This document shows positions 21,454-31,735 of a stretch of DNA of 57,816 bases, piece by piece; within the stretch, counting starts at the first letter, position 1, and each line of letters starts with the position of its first letter. Origin of the DNA: Candidatus Omnitrophota bacterium (GTDB taxonomy: Bacteria > Omnitrophota > Gorgyraeia > B26-G9); NCBI GenBank assembly GCA_016213925.1, contig JACQZH010000042.1:1-57816 (forward strand), read 5' to 3'. The notes beneath the pieces were generated by a model that ran no database searches, had not been told where the DNA came from, and was given only the letters and a program-made list of their open reading frames with translations. A program made the position numbers and the translations under genes.

Positions 21454-21946
21454 GAGATCCCACTCTTTCCAAATAACCGCATTAGTTATTCCTCAAAAAG
21501 AATAAAGAAAACAAAGAAGTATACCATATTTTTCACTTTATCGCCATAAAAACCAAAATTTGCCTAGCGGCGAAACAGGCAAAATCCGGGTTTATGCTAA
21601 AAATCAAGATTTGGAATAATTCGACAGGAAAGAACTAAACGGAATTAAATAAATTAATGCAAGCGTACTATAATCAGTAAAATTAATAACAAAACATAGC
21701 AGCGAAGAGTAATCTGCAACACTTTAAAAAACGTCTCTTTCTTAAAAGAATAATTAAATTTTCCTCCAATTTGAACATCCCATCCTCTTCTATATCTTCG
21801 CATATGATTCCTCAAATTTAAGTTATGTTAATCTTTTAAAATCTATTTAATTATAGCATATTTCTTAGAAGCTTGCAAGTTAGATTTGATTTTTTACAGG
21901 GAGATAATTTGAGATATAACTTATTACAGTAATTGTAGTTATGAAG

Positions 21947-23443
21947 CTATCTGCTGTTGCTTTTTGTTAATTGTGCTAACCTTTTGACTGTCTGGCTTGT
22001 AATTTGCTCGAAATTTAAACGCCACTGCCAATTACCTCCAGCCACTCCCGGAATATTCATCCGGCTTTCACCGCCCAAGCCTAAAACATCCTGCAAAGGA
22101 AAAATAACTACCTTTGCTATTGATTTCATTGCCAACTCTATAAACTCCCAATGTATTTTATCAATTAAAACCTTATGTCCTATATACTCAACCAGCCTGT
22201 TTTTATCCTCGATCCTTGCCTCAAACTCAAACCATCCTTTGATAGTATTATTATCATGCGTACCTGTATAGACAACGCAATTTTCCGTATAATTATGCGG
22301 CAAAAACGGATGTTTAATCAGATCTTCTCCAAAAGCAAATATCAGTATTTTCATCCCGGGAAATTTAAAAAATTTCATAACATCTTTTACCTCTTCAGTT
22401 ATTATCCCTAAATCCTCAGCAATAATCGGTAGCCCGGGAAAACGCTTAAGTAAAACATTAAAAAAATCTAAAGCCGGCGCTTTTTGCCATTTTCCATTTA
22501 CTGCAGTTTCTTCACCGCTAGGAACCTCCCAAAAATCAACAAAACCGCGGAAATGGTCAATCCTCGCTAAATCAAAAAGCTTCAGGTTATGCTCTACCCT
22601 TTTTATCCACCATTTATATTTATTTTTTTTAAGCGCATCCCAATCATAAACCGGATTTCCCCAAAGCTGCCCTGTTTTGCTAAAATAATCAGGAGGAACT
22701 CCGGCGACAAAATCCAATTTTTTATCACGGTTAAGCTTAAAAATATCAGGGTTTGTCCAGGCATCAACACTGTCATAAGTAACATATATGGGAATGTCTC
22801 CGATAATTTTCACTCCTTTTTTATTAGCATACATCTTTAGTTCATGCCATTGAGTAAAACACAGATATTGCAAAAATTTTTCCCGTTCGATTTTTTCTTT
22901 AAGCTTTACCTTTAATTTAGTTAACGCTTTCTTTTCCCTGTCGCGTATTTCCTGCGGCCAATCACTCCAAACTCTATAACCGAAATTTTCTTTAAAAACA
23001 ATAAAACTAGCATAGTCATCAAGCCAGTATTTGTTTTTCCGGCAAAACTCATTATATAAAAAAAACTCTTTCCCCTTTACAAAACGGCTAAAAGCTAAAT
23101 CACAAATCCTGTTTTTTAATTCATACGCTTTTTCGTAATTAACCTTGTCTATAGAAACAACCTCTTCGTTTTTTATATCTTCTTTTTCAAGCAGTCCTTT
23201 TTCAATTAATTTTCGCGGGCTGATAAAAATATAATTGCAGGCAAACGCAGAAGCAGAGCTGTATGGAGAGTTTCCATTAATCGCGCTTGTCGGGTTAAGC
23301 GGTAAAATCTGCCAGTATTTCTGCCCGCAATCTGCGAGAAAATCAACGAATTTATAGGCCTCATCTCCCAAGTCACCTACGCAAAATGGCGACGGTAAAG
23401 AACTAATATGCAATAAGATGCCGCTTCCTTTTTTTTTCATCAT
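21947..23443 (-). CDS. malQ: 4-alpha-glucanotransferase (GH77)
   Basis: GILLHISSLP, GDIPIYV, GVPPDYFS.TGQLWGNP, RIDHFRGF, AEDLG, GTHDN. Confidence 0.97.
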   Translation of the reverse strand: MMKKKGSGILLHISSLPSPFCVGDLGDEAYKFVDFLADCGQKYWQILPLNPTSAINGNSPYSSASAFACNYIFISPRKLIEKGLLEKEDIKNEEVVSIDKVNYEKAYELKNRICDLAFSRFVKGKEFFLYNEFCRKNKYWLDDYASFIVFKENFGYRVWSDWPQEIRDREKKALTKLKVKLKEKIEREKFLQYLCFTQWHELKMYANKKGVKIIGDIPIYVTYDSVDAWTNPDIFKLNRDKKLDFVAGVPPDYFSKTGQLWGNPVYDWDALKKNKYKWWIKRVEHNLKLFDLARIDHFRGFVDFWEVPSGEETAVNGKWQKAPALDFFNVLLKRFPGLPIIAEDLGIITEEVKDVMKFFKFPGMKILIFAFGEDLIKHPFLPHNYTENCVVYTGTHDNNTIKGWFEFEARIEDKNRLVEYIGHKVLIDKIHWEFIELAMKSIAKVVIFPLQDVLGLGGESRMNIPGVAGGNWQWRLNFEQITSQTVKRLAQLTKSNSR

Positions 23444-23520
23444 TATTCCCCATAAATAATATCGGTAAATTAATCATTAATTGCGAAACAGAATTACTTC
23501 CTGCGGATACTTTAAAAAAT

Positions 23521-25947
23521 CTAAATACTTTTTACGCTCAGGTATTTACCTAAAGCGGAAAACGCATCCATCCAGCGCTTTGCGGTTTTATCTCCATGGT
23601 TTGCCTTTCCTTCCATTTTATCATGCATTCTTTTCCCCATAAAAAAGAAGCTGTTTTGCGCTTCCCATAAGCGCAGCGGAAGTTCCAGCGGCTGCAGGAT
23701 TTTAAAAATCCCTTCAACGGTTTTCATCAACGGGATATCTCCCGGATTGCTGCTTATTCTTTCCATAAGCTCATTGATTTTCTGCCCGGCAATAAAACCT
23801 AATGTTGTTTTATCGATTTTTAAAGGCCAGCGCTTTATTTCAACAATCAGATCACGCAGTTTTTTAAAATCAACCTCTTCCGCTTTAAGCTCTTTAAGCA
23901 GGTCAGCATTAACGATAAATTCCAGCGTACTTGAAAAAATTCCCGGAAGAGGAATGCTGATTTCCTTCATTGCCAGCATAATCGGATAATGATGTTCATT
24001 GATTTGCCTAAAAGAAGTTTCGATTTCCCTAAGAGTAGAACCAAGTATATTTGTAAGCGCCTGGCGCTGCATATCTTTAAAAAGATGCCAGAAAGAATAC
24101 TCATGGCTATTAAAATATTTATCCAGTAAAGAGATTATCTGGGCAACATCACTTTTTTCAAAAGCTTCTCTCATCTCCTGCTGCATTATTAAAAAAGTTT
24201 CATCATCAAGCAGATCGCAAACTCCGCCAAACACATTATGGTCTCCAAGATGTAAAATAGCAAAACTTTTTGCGCCTTTTTCATATGTTATCTGAGATTT
24301 AATTTTTACGCTTCCCATGCACAACTTCTGCCGTCCGGCTTCCAGCCGTTCAAATGCAATACGCTTTGCCTCATAACAGTAAATATCGCTAACCTCTTCG
24401 TAATTCGCAAACAAAGACCAGAGTGCGTAATGCGCTCCCGCCCTTTGCATATCAAGCTTAGCCGGCCTAACAAACATTTCATACAATTTCGCGCCATTCT
24501 CATATTCGGATATATTACTTTTTGCCTCTTCTATAATCTCAAGATAATCATCTTCTAGATCAAAACCTGTTGCCTGTTTTATCAACTGCATTGCTCTTGA
24601 AGCGTAATGAATTACCTGCATTGCCTCAATCCCGGAGATATCATCAAAAAACCAGCCGCAGCTGGTATACATCAACATTGCGTAACGTTGAGATTCAAGC
24701 AGCCTTAATACTTTAATTGTGTCTGCCTCTGATAATTCTTTGCTTTTATTAGCATTTAAAAATTCGCTGACCTGCGCCGGAACTCTGTCTAATATAACCG
24801 AAATATACTCATTACGCACATGCCAGGGATCATTAACATACATTGACATCTGATCCTCGTATATCTTTACCATCTTATCTCTTAGCCAATCCATAGCGTT
24901 ACGCAAGGGAGCCCGCCACTGCTGGTTCCAGGAAGAATGTGTTCCTATCTTACAACCGCAGTTACTTCTCCAGCGTTCCACACTGTGAAAGCAGCTCCAG
25001 GAAGAATTCTCTATAATCTGGACTTCATATTGCGGAGGAAATTTTTCCAGGTATTCTCCGTATATGGTGATTTTTGCCAGGTCATTGGAAGCTATGTAAT
25101 TAAAAGCGTAAGAAAGCGCCATTTCTCCATAATGATGATGATGTCCGTAAGTTTCTCCGTCAGTAGCAATATGTACCAGCTGCGGTTCTGTTCTTTTCGC
25201 GTCAAAAGTCCCTATCAGCCTTTTGGCAAAATTTTCTCCGTTCCTCAACAGTCCGCCAAACGCGACATCCTGAGAAACCGGGCCATCATAAAAAAATATG
25301 TTAATAACCCTTCCGGAAGGCAGGCGGCATAAATATGGCCTTTTAGGATCTATATTCCCTCCGATTACATCAGCCCATTTTTTTTCTTCGACCTTCCTTA
25401 TTCTTTGCGCCTGATAGGGAGAAAGTACTGTGAAAGTTATACCGTATTCCGTAAGCAAATCAAGTGTCTCATAATCCACTGCTGTTTCCGAAAGCCACAT
25501 CCCTTCAGGCTTACGCCCGAAGCGGTAAAAAAAATCTTTAATTCCCCATAAAATCTGCGTACGCTTGTCCTGTAAATTAGCCAGCGGCATAATTAAATGA
25601 TTATATACCTGCGCAAGCGCGGAACCGTGGCCGGAAAATTTTTCCCGGCTTTGTTTATCCGCTTCAATAATAATCTTATACGTCTTTGGCTGATGGCGTT
25701 CCATCCAGGAAAGCAATGTCGGCCCGAAATTAAAACTCATGTTAGAATAATTATTAACTATATCAATAATATTGTTTTCCCGCTCAAGTATCCTGGAAAC
25801 CGCATTCGGCGCATAACATTCCGAAGTAATGCGTTCGTTCCAATCGGGATAAGGATACGCCGCATCCTGGAGTTCAACTTCCTCAAGCCAGGGATTTTCC
25901 CTCGGCGGCTGATAGAAATGTCCGTGTATGCATAAATATTTATCCAT
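23521..25947 (-). CDS. glycoside hydrolase family 57 with DUF3536
   Basis: HGHFYQPPRENPW, GMWLSET, ATDGETYGHH, MYTSCGWFFDD. Confidence 0.93.
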   Translation of the reverse strand: MDKYLCIHGHFYQPPRENPWLEEVELQDAAYPYPDWNERITSECYAPNAVSRILERENNIIDIVNNYSNMSFNFGPTLLSWMERHQPKTYKIIIEADKQSREKFSGHGSALAQVYNHLIMPLANLQDKRTQILWGIKDFFYRFGRKPEGMWLSETAVDYETLDLLTEYGITFTVLSPYQAQRIRKVEEKKWADVIGGNIDPKRPYLCRLPSGRVINIFFYDGPVSQDVAFGGLLRNGENFAKRLIGTFDAKRTEPQLVHIATDGETYGHHHHYGEMALSYAFNYIASNDLAKITIYGEYLEKFPPQYEVQIIENSSWSCFHSVERWRSNCGCKIGTHSSWNQQWRAPLRNAMDWLRDKMVKIYEDQMSMYVNDPWHVRNEYISVILDRVPAQVSEFLNANKSKELSEADTIKVLRLLESQRYAMLMYTSCGWFFDDISGIEAMQVIHYASRAMQLIKQATGFDLEDDYLEIIEEAKSNISEYENGAKLYEMFVRPAKLDMQRAGAHYALWSLFANYEEVSDIYCYEAKRIAFERLEAGRQKLCMGSVKIKSQITYEKGAKSFAILHLGDHNVFGGVCDLLDDETFLIMQQEMREAFEKSDVAQIISLLDKYFNSHEYSFWHLFKDMQRQALTNILGSTLREIETSFRQINEHHYPIMLAMKEISIPLPGIFSSTLEFIVNADLLKELKAEEVDFKKLRDLIVEIKRWPLKIDKTTLGFIAGQKINELMERISSNPGDIPLMKTVEGIFKILQPLELPLRLWEAQNSFFFMGKRMHDKMEGKANHGDKTAKRWMDAFSALGKYLSVKSI

Positions 25948-26076
25948 TACAATGCTCCAATTTTTTGTATAAAAACTAACTCGCTTCTATTATACCACCG
26001 TCTTCCAGAAACTACATCTTTATGATTTATGATTTATTATTTAACATAAATCATTAGCGACAATCAAGGAAACCAT

Positions 26077-26577
26077 TTAAACACTTAAAAAAAAGCTTTC
26101 TAATTTTCTGCGGCTGCTTCGCAATACTTCCTTCAAAGGATACCCCATGCTTATAACTGCCATAAGTTCAAATCCCCTGTCTATACGCAAATATTCGCCA
26201 ACCGCGTCTTTTTTGTTTAATATCTCACCCATCCAGCATGTTCCAATGCCAAGCTCATGAGCGCAAAGCAGCATATTCTGTATGCACGCTCCCACAGCCA
26301 TAACATCTTTATCACGGTCATAGCTTTTTGCCTTATCAAGAAAAACACATACACATACCGGAGCATTTATAATAATCCCGCCATACTTGGTAAATTGAGC
26401 CAATTTTTGTTTATGTTGTTGTTCTTTTATTACAATGAATTTCCAGGGCTGGTTATTTAATCCTGACGGCGCCCATATCCCAGCCTGGATTATCTCTTTA
26501 ACAACATCATCTAATACCTGCTGATTGCTGTATTTGCGAATCGACCTTCTCTTGCTTATAGCTTCTTTTACCTTCAT
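26077..26577 (-). CDS. nitroreductase family protein
   Basis: RRSIRKY, APSGLNNQPW, QNMLL.A..LGIGTCW. Confidence 0.93.
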   Translation of the reverse strand: MKVKEAISKRRSIRKYSNQQVLDDVVKEIIQAGIWAPSGLNNQPWKFIVIKEQQHKQKLAQFTKYGGIIINAPVCVCVFLDKAKSYDRDKDVMAVGACIQNMLLCAHELGIGTCWMGEILNKKDAVGEYLRIDRGFELMAVISMGYPLKEVLRSSRRKLESFFLSV

Positions 26578-27032
26578 CTTTTACCTATATTTAGATTTTT
26601 TTCAAAAAAATTCTTAACTTCAAATCCCCTTAACATCCGCCATAAAAAAAAATAAAACATTGCCGGAACCGAACCGGTTTTTGTATCCATTATTAAATGC
26701 AGCGTATAACCAACGCTCATTGCCATAATATAGTAATTATTTGTATATATCATAATTACCCATAGCAGAATAGCAATTTCATTGCAATGAAATAAAAGGT
26801 AAAGTTTCTCAAACGGCTGCCTTCTCTCATTATTAGCAATGGAAAAAAAATCATAAATCTTCTTTATATTAAGGCAGGAAAACCCCCTATGTATGAAAAA
26901 TTCTATCACATGATCAATATCAATAAAAACACCAAAGATAAAACAAATAATTCCAGCAAAATAATCCTTAATAAAAAAAGCTACTGTTGTACCTGCGAAT
27001 AAAGATGCGATAATATGCCGAGACGGCTTCAT
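26574..27032 (-). CDS. membrane protein, putative metal-dependent hydrolase
   Basis: TM helices with H, DIDH, FH..E and HL..D motifs. Confidence 0.65.
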   Translation of the reverse strand: MKPSRHIIASLFAGTTVAFFIKDYFAGIICFIFGVFIDIDHVIEFFIHRGFSCLNIKKIYDFFSIANNERRQPFEKLYLLFHCNEIAILLWVIMIYTNNYYIMAMSVGYTLHLIMDTKTGSVPAMFYFFLWRMLRGFEVKNFFEKNLNIGKR

Positions 27033-27150
27033 TTTTTACCCTGCAATCCATAAGTTATTTTTATTATTATAACAAAAAAGATTTCATAAATCGAGAGTGC
27101 TGATTAATCGGGGGTTTTATACTACAGGATAGGGAAACTATAAACGCAGA

Positions 27151-27558
27151 TCATGCTTCAATATTAAATTCTTTGCCATAATTTTTTTTGGTTTCATTCC
27201 AGCCTTTATAGCAATAATCAAGCAAATGTTTAAACTCTACTGTATCTACATTTTCTAATTGCACGCCAGCATGAAAGTTATCCGGAGAATCATGTACTCT
27301 TTCTTTAACCCAAACCACCTTTCCAGTCGCAAATATCGGCATAACCGTCCCAGGAAAGTTTATCTGCCAATCAAGCAAAGAATTTTTCTCTACTTTTCTA
27401 TTTAATGCCGCTTTAAAACCGCCGCGGCTGAAATTTTCAGCTAAAAATATTCCGCTGATGCCCGCTTCTTGAGTATTGAATTCTCCGTCAATGGCAGTAC
27501 CAAAACGCATATATTTTCTTCGTTCTTCAAACACAGATAAATAACTCCTCTTTGTCAA
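27151..27558 (-). CDS. PilZ domain protein (c-di-GMP receptor)
   Basis: ERRKYMR (RxxxR) and NFSRGG (D/NxSxxG); GKVVW. Confidence 0.85.
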   Translation of the reverse strand: MTKRSYLSVFEERRKYMRFGTAIDGEFNTQEAGISGIFLAENFSRGGFKAALNRKVEKNSLLDWQINFPGTVMPIFATGKVVWVKERVHDSPDNFHAGVQLENVDTVEFKHLLDYCYKGWNETKKNYGKEFNIEA

Positions 27559-27639
27559 CTAATACATTTGTAGAACATCCGCAAAAAGCTGATTAAGTAT
27601 ACCATACTTTATGAAATTTGCAACAGTACGTCTAAATAA

Positions 27640-28731
27640 CTATTTATTCATCGCTGTTACAGCTTCGCTGATAAACTCATCCATCAACTCTTTTACCGTA
27701 ACAATCTTATCCACCCTTGTAGCATTACTTCCGGCAAACACAACTGCTTCATCTATATTGCTTGTTACGGCATTTATTAATGCCTTTGCTATACAATAAG
27801 GGACGCTCTTGGGGTCGCATGTCTTAAGGCAGCGGTAATGACAGGAAACAGGAATCTTTTCACCGTTAACAACTCTTTCAACTAATTTAGTCTTGATTGC
27901 CCGGCCTGGCATTCCTACCGGGCTTTTAATAATCACAATGTCCTCTGTCCTGCAATTAATGTATTTTTGCTTAAAATCATCCGGTACAGAACATTCATTT
28001 GTAGCAACAAAACGGGTTGCTATCTGCACTCCTCCAACTCCAAGCTTAAAAAATTTAGCGATATCTTTACCTGTATATATGCCTCCGGCAGCAATAACCG
28101 GAATATTTGCTTTAAACTGTTTTTCGTATCCTCTGACGACTTTTATAACTTCAACAACTAATTCTTCTAACGCGTTATCTTTTGCTGCGGTCAGTTCTTC
28201 AAAACTGAATCCTAAATGTCCGCCGGCTTTCGGGCCTTCAACTATAATCGCATCCGGGATATAATCATACTTCTTCTTCCAGGTCTTAATAATTATATCT
28301 GTAGCCCTGTCTGAAGAAACAATCGGTATCAGCTTAGTTTTGGAAGCGCCATCTTTAGCATATTCCGGCAAGCGTAAAGGCAATCCTGCTCCGGAAATTA
28401 TAAAATTCGCTTTCTCCCTCACCGCAGTACGCACTAAATCCTCATAATTGCTGACAGCAACCAGTATGTTGACTCCAATAACCCCTTTTGTCAATGAACG
28501 CGCCTTACGTAATTCCTGAGCTAGGCCTTCACGGGAAGCCCTAACAAAGTCACTTTTCATCAGCTCAGAAAGATACCCGAGCCCTACACTGGCTATTGTT
28601 CCGGCCCCTCCGTAATTCGCAACAGCGCTAGCTAATGATGCCGTCGATATTGCCACTCCCATTCCACCTTGTATAATCGGAACCTTAATTGTTAAATCTC
28701 CAAGCACCAGCGGTTTTAATTCACTTACCAT
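27640..28731 (-). CDS. nitronate monooxygenase / FabK-like flavoprotein
   Basis: PIIQGGMG, SGAGLP, EGPKAGGH, AAGGI, SPVGMPGRA, C..C...C. Confidence 0.9.
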   Translation of the reverse strand: MVSELKPLVLGDLTIKVPIIQGGMGVAISTASLASAVANYGGAGTIASVGLGYLSELMKSDFVRASREGLAQELRKARSLTKGVIGVNILVAVSNYEDLVRTAVREKANFIISGAGLPLRLPEYAKDGASKTKLIPIVSSDRATDIIIKTWKKKYDYIPDAIIVEGPKAGGHLGFSFEELTAAKDNALEELVVEVIKVVRGYEKQFKANIPVIAAGGIYTGKDIAKFFKLGVGGVQIATRFVATNECSVPDDFKQKYINCRTEDIVIIKSPVGMPGRAIKTKLVERVVNGEKIPVSCHYRCLKTCDPKSVPYCIAKALINAVTSNIDEAVVFAGSNATRVDKIVTVKELMDEFISEAVTAMNK

Positions 28732-29003
28732 GTTTTCCCATCTTTCTATTTAATATACTTTCTTTGGCTGGAGATCAATTGGTGAATTATATTGCCAAAT
28801 AAAATATTACTCTTTTTCCGCGCTTTTAAAACTGCTTGCCATAAAAAAATTATAAAAAACAACTATTTTCAAGACACTAGATTTGTCCTGAGATAAAGCT
28901 GCTATTTATTTTTTTAGATATTATACTATTATACCTTATAAAAAGCAAGCAGTATCTATTTTTATCAGCAAAACAAAGATACTTGAGCCTTTTAGAAACT
29001 TTA

Positions 29004-29044
29004 TAAGTAAAATGTCCGCCTTTTAAGGGCGGACATTTTACTTA
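29004..29044 (-). terminator. intrinsic terminator after the thiazole synthase gene
   Basis: 17-bp perfect inverted repeat TAAGTAAAATGTCCGCC / GGCGGACATTTTACTTA. Confidence 0.8.
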
Positions 29045-29058
29045 CTTCAGGTATATTT

Positions 29059-29868
29059 TTAAACAGTAATAACTTCTTTATCGGAAAACTGTTCTTTTTT
29101 ATTCAACTTTTTTATTATTTGCTCTGCCGCTTTCCTGCCTGAGAAAAGCATCCCTCCAAATGTCGGCCCCATACGGGGTATGCCGTAAACGGTAGCCGCT
29201 GCCATCCCCATAACATATAAGCCGGGATAAACCTCCCCTGTCTTTTCAACTACAAGATCCTCTGATGTGCACACATCCATAGGGCCGTAGGTCTGTATTT
29301 TTAACAGGCCTCTTTTCTCAAGGCTTTTCGCCACCCATGCATCGTGGCCGGTAGCATCAATTACTACTTTTGACTCCAAAGCAATCGGATCAACGCAAGT
29401 AATCTGCCTCGGCAAAGCCGAAACCGGCGACCAATTAATAACCGTGCCTTCAACCCTATTATTACGATGGACAACATCGTCAAATTTGGTAAGGTTAAGG
29501 ATTTTAGCGCCTGAATCGCAGGTTGCGGAAATAAGCTTTGAACAGGCAGTAGGGCCATCAGTAACAAACAAGCCGTCCTCTATTTCTTTATACGGTATTT
29601 TTAATTCATCAAGGATAGTATCTGCCGGAGCCCTGAAGGTCAAAGTATTCATAAAATAACCGCCTATCCAGAATCCGCCCCCTATATAGTTATTGCTTTC
29701 TATTATAAGCGTTTTAATACCCGCATTTGCCAGATCGCGTGCCGCGACAAGGCCGCTTGGCCCGCCGCCTACCACTATAACGTCAGAAACAATATACTCC
29801 TCAAACCACTTGGTAAACTCGCCAACAATAGCTCTGCTTATCTGTGACTCTTTTATTTTCTTAAACAT
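29059..29868 (-). CDS. thi4: Thi4-family thiazole synthase (Cys-type)
   Basis: GGGPSG, GGG.W.GG, TCVDP, DATGHD, PRMGPTFGGM..SG; lies under a TPP riboswitch. Confidence 0.93.
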   Translation of the reverse strand: MFKKIKESQISRAIVGEFTKWFEEYIVSDVIVVGGGPSGLVAARDLANAGIKTLIIESNNYIGGGFWIGGYFMNTLTFRAPADTILDELKIPYKEIEDGLFVTDGPTACSKLISATCDSGAKILNLTKFDDVVHRNNRVEGTVINWSPVSALPRQITCVDPIALESKVVIDATGHDAWVAKSLEKRGLLKIQTYGPMDVCTSEDLVVEKTGEVYPGLYVMGMAAATVYGIPRMGPTFGGMLFSGRKAAEQIIKKLNKKEQFSDKEVITV

Positions 29869-29919
29869 CTCTCCATCCTCCTTATTTTAGTAATCCTACA
29901 ACAGAATAAGCGCGGAAAA

Positions 29920-29952
29920 ATAAAAAAACCTTTATGCCGACACATAAAGGTT
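29920..29952 (-). terminator. riboswitch expression-platform terminator
   Basis: Minus strand AACCTTTATG-tgtcgg-CATAAAGGTT followed by a U-run, between the aptamer and thi4. Confidence 0.8.
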
Positions 29953-29970
29953 ATCAGTTTTCATACCCCC

Positions 29971-30062
29971 TCTCCCTCCGCTGGCATTATCCAGATCAGG
30001 TTCATCGGGTAATCCGCTTGTTTCACGGAACTCTCAGGCCGGTTTACCGCCTCCCCGCTTAA
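29971..30062 (-). promoter_or_regulatory. TPP riboswitch
   Basis: Minus strand GGGG...CTGAGA...ACCC..TGAACCTGATCTGGATAATGCCAGCGGAGGGA matches the THI-box consensus. Confidence 0.95.
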
Positions 30063-30125
30063 CACTAGTTTTATTAAATCACAAAATCCATTTTATTACA
30101 AGTAATAAAAAATTGACCCTGATAG

Positions 30126-30200
30126 CTGAAGCGCGTCCGAACACTTACGATCAGCCAACCGACGCCGTTTAATCCGATGTATTATCAAACTACGAGTTAA
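30126..30200 (+). other. orphan serine-recombinase C-terminal tail (left end of an older element)
   Basis: Encodes LKRVRTLTISQPTPFNPMYYQTTS*, 12/22 identical to the attL tail at 31753-31818. Confidence 0.7.
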
Positions 30201-31350
30201 TGCTTCCGGCATTTCTGTAACTGAAAACATCGGCTGTCTGGCGATGCTGATCTTCAGTGCCGCCATATATCAATGCCGGTTTTCCCGTATTCTTTTTATT
30301 CAGCTTCTGGTAATAGCGCAATCCTTTGAAATAATCCTCGTTGATCGTGCTTCCCAACTTCACTTCAACCGGCTTAATGGATGTGCCGTCCTCAAGGAGG
30401 ACATCAACCTCATTGCCGACATTGTCGCGAAAGAAATAGATATTGCTGTTCTTACCTTGATTTGTCCGGGCCTTCAAAAGCTCGGCAACAACGAAATTTT
30501 CAAATAACGAACCTTTAAGCGGGTGCTGTGCAATATGCTTGGCGTCTTGTATATCCAAAAGATACGATGCCAACCCGCAATCGGTAAAGTATAACTTTGG
30601 CGCTTTAATAAGCCGCTTGCCGAAATTGGTGTGGTGCGGACGCACAAGAAATATAATGTAGCTCGCCTCAAGCACGCTTAACCAGCTTTTAGCTGTGTTA
30701 TGATTAATACCGCAATCATTGGCCAGATTCGATAAATTCACTATCTGCGCCACTCTGCCAGCGCACAGTTTGATGAATTTCTCAAATTTCGCAAGATCCT
30801 TCACATTAATAAGTGCCCGGATATCCCTCTCAAGGTAGGTACTCACATAAAAGGAAAGAGCCTCGGACGGATTAAGCTTCTTATCGTGGATCCGGGGATA
30901 AAAGCCGGTAAAAAGAACCTTATCTATAGGCTTTGCCTTGTCAGAATAAATTTCAGCGTATGAGAACGGCAAAAGAACCGCCAGCGCAGTCCTTCCGGCA
31001 AGGCTCTGGCTAACCGTATTTAAAAGGTGAAAGTTCTGGCTTCCGGTCAGAATAAAATGGCCGGGCTTGTCTTTTGTGTCTACGATCTCCTGAATATACG
31101 ATACCAACTCCGGAACACGCTGAATTTCATCAATGATAGCACCATCTTTGTGGCATTCGGCAAGAAAAGCCCTCGGATCATTCTTTGCGTAATTGCGGGT
31201 ATCTATGTTCTCCAAAGAAAAATACTGCCTCTTTGGGAATAATGCCTTGCAAAGAGTCGTCTTGCCTGATTGGCGCGGCCCGGTGATGGTAACGACTGGA
31301 TATTGGCGCGCGTAATGCAGGATCTTCTCTGAAATGGTTCGTTTTATCAT
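30190..31350 (-). CDS. AAA_14 ATPase with DUF4143 domain
   Basis: GPRQSGKT, IIDEIQ, LTGS, YLERD, K.PKLYF.D.G, EVD and EVK motifs. Confidence 0.93.
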   Translation of the reverse strand: MIKRTISEKILHYARQYPVVTITGPRQSGKTTLCKALFPKRQYFSLENIDTRNYAKNDPRAFLAECHKDGAIIDEIQRVPELVSYIQEIVDTKDKPGHFILTGSQNFHLLNTVSQSLAGRTALAVLLPFSYAEIYSDKAKPIDKVLFTGFYPRIHDKKLNPSEALSFYVSTYLERDIRALINVKDLAKFEKFIKLCAGRVAQIVNLSNLANDCGINHNTAKSWLSVLEASYIIFLVRPHHTNFGKRLIKAPKLYFTDCGLASYLLDIQDAKHIAQHPLKGSLFENFVVAELLKARTNQGKNSNIYFFRDNVGNEVDVLLEDGTSIKPVEVKLGSTINEDYFKGLRYYQKLNKKNTGKPALIYGGTEDQHRQTADVFSYRNAGSINS

Positions 31351-31356
31351 GATACA

Positions 31357-31385
31357 AGTATATATTGAGTTTTACATTTTGTCAA
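31357..31385 (-). promoter_or_regulatory. near-consensus sigma70 promoter of the DUF4143 gene
   Basis: TTGACA-17 bp-TATACT, then 6 nt to ATG 31350. Confidence 0.8.
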
Positions 31386-31686
31386 TCCAATTCGCAATCT
31401 GTAAAGGCCATATTTGTACAGGTTTACCATATCGTATAGGTATTGTATAGGGCAGCTCCTATTCACATCCGTAAAACCATCCTGTCAGGATTTAACATTA
31501 AATGTTCTTTTATGACAGTAAAGTTTTCTTAATTGCGTCACAGTAAAATGTCACAGCAACTATCAAATCCGCTTCATTTGCGCGTGCGCGATGATCTTAT
31601 TCATTAATTAAGCTGATCAATAGGGGCACTACTTGACTACATTTCTGAGGGATTAGGGACAATTATTTCTCCCTCGGACAAAGAAA

Positions 31687-31735
31687 TACCCTCACGCGCC
31701 TGTGGCTCGCAAGAGCCCCGGTTCGCATGAGGGTA
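31687..31735. repeat. compound hairpin adjacent to attL
   Basis: TACCCTCACGCG / CGCATGAGGGTA outer stem enclosing GGCTC-GCAA-GAGCC. It would follow tRNA-His directly in the empty site. Confidence 0.6.

Noticed and set aside
21605-21778. ~57-aa minus-strand ORF MFKLEENLIILLRKRR...
   Set aside because: Short, no recognisable family; cannot be distinguished from a chance ORF.
30104-30113. AATAAAAAAT identical to 53811-53820 as the true attL
   Set aside because: Low-complexity A-run that lacks the tRNA-derived GGGGT; the 31738 site includes it and gives an open in-frame tail.
31409-31453. Three degenerate TAT.GTA.AGG repeats
   Set aside because: Too short and irregular to call an operator or iteron; may be debris of the older element.
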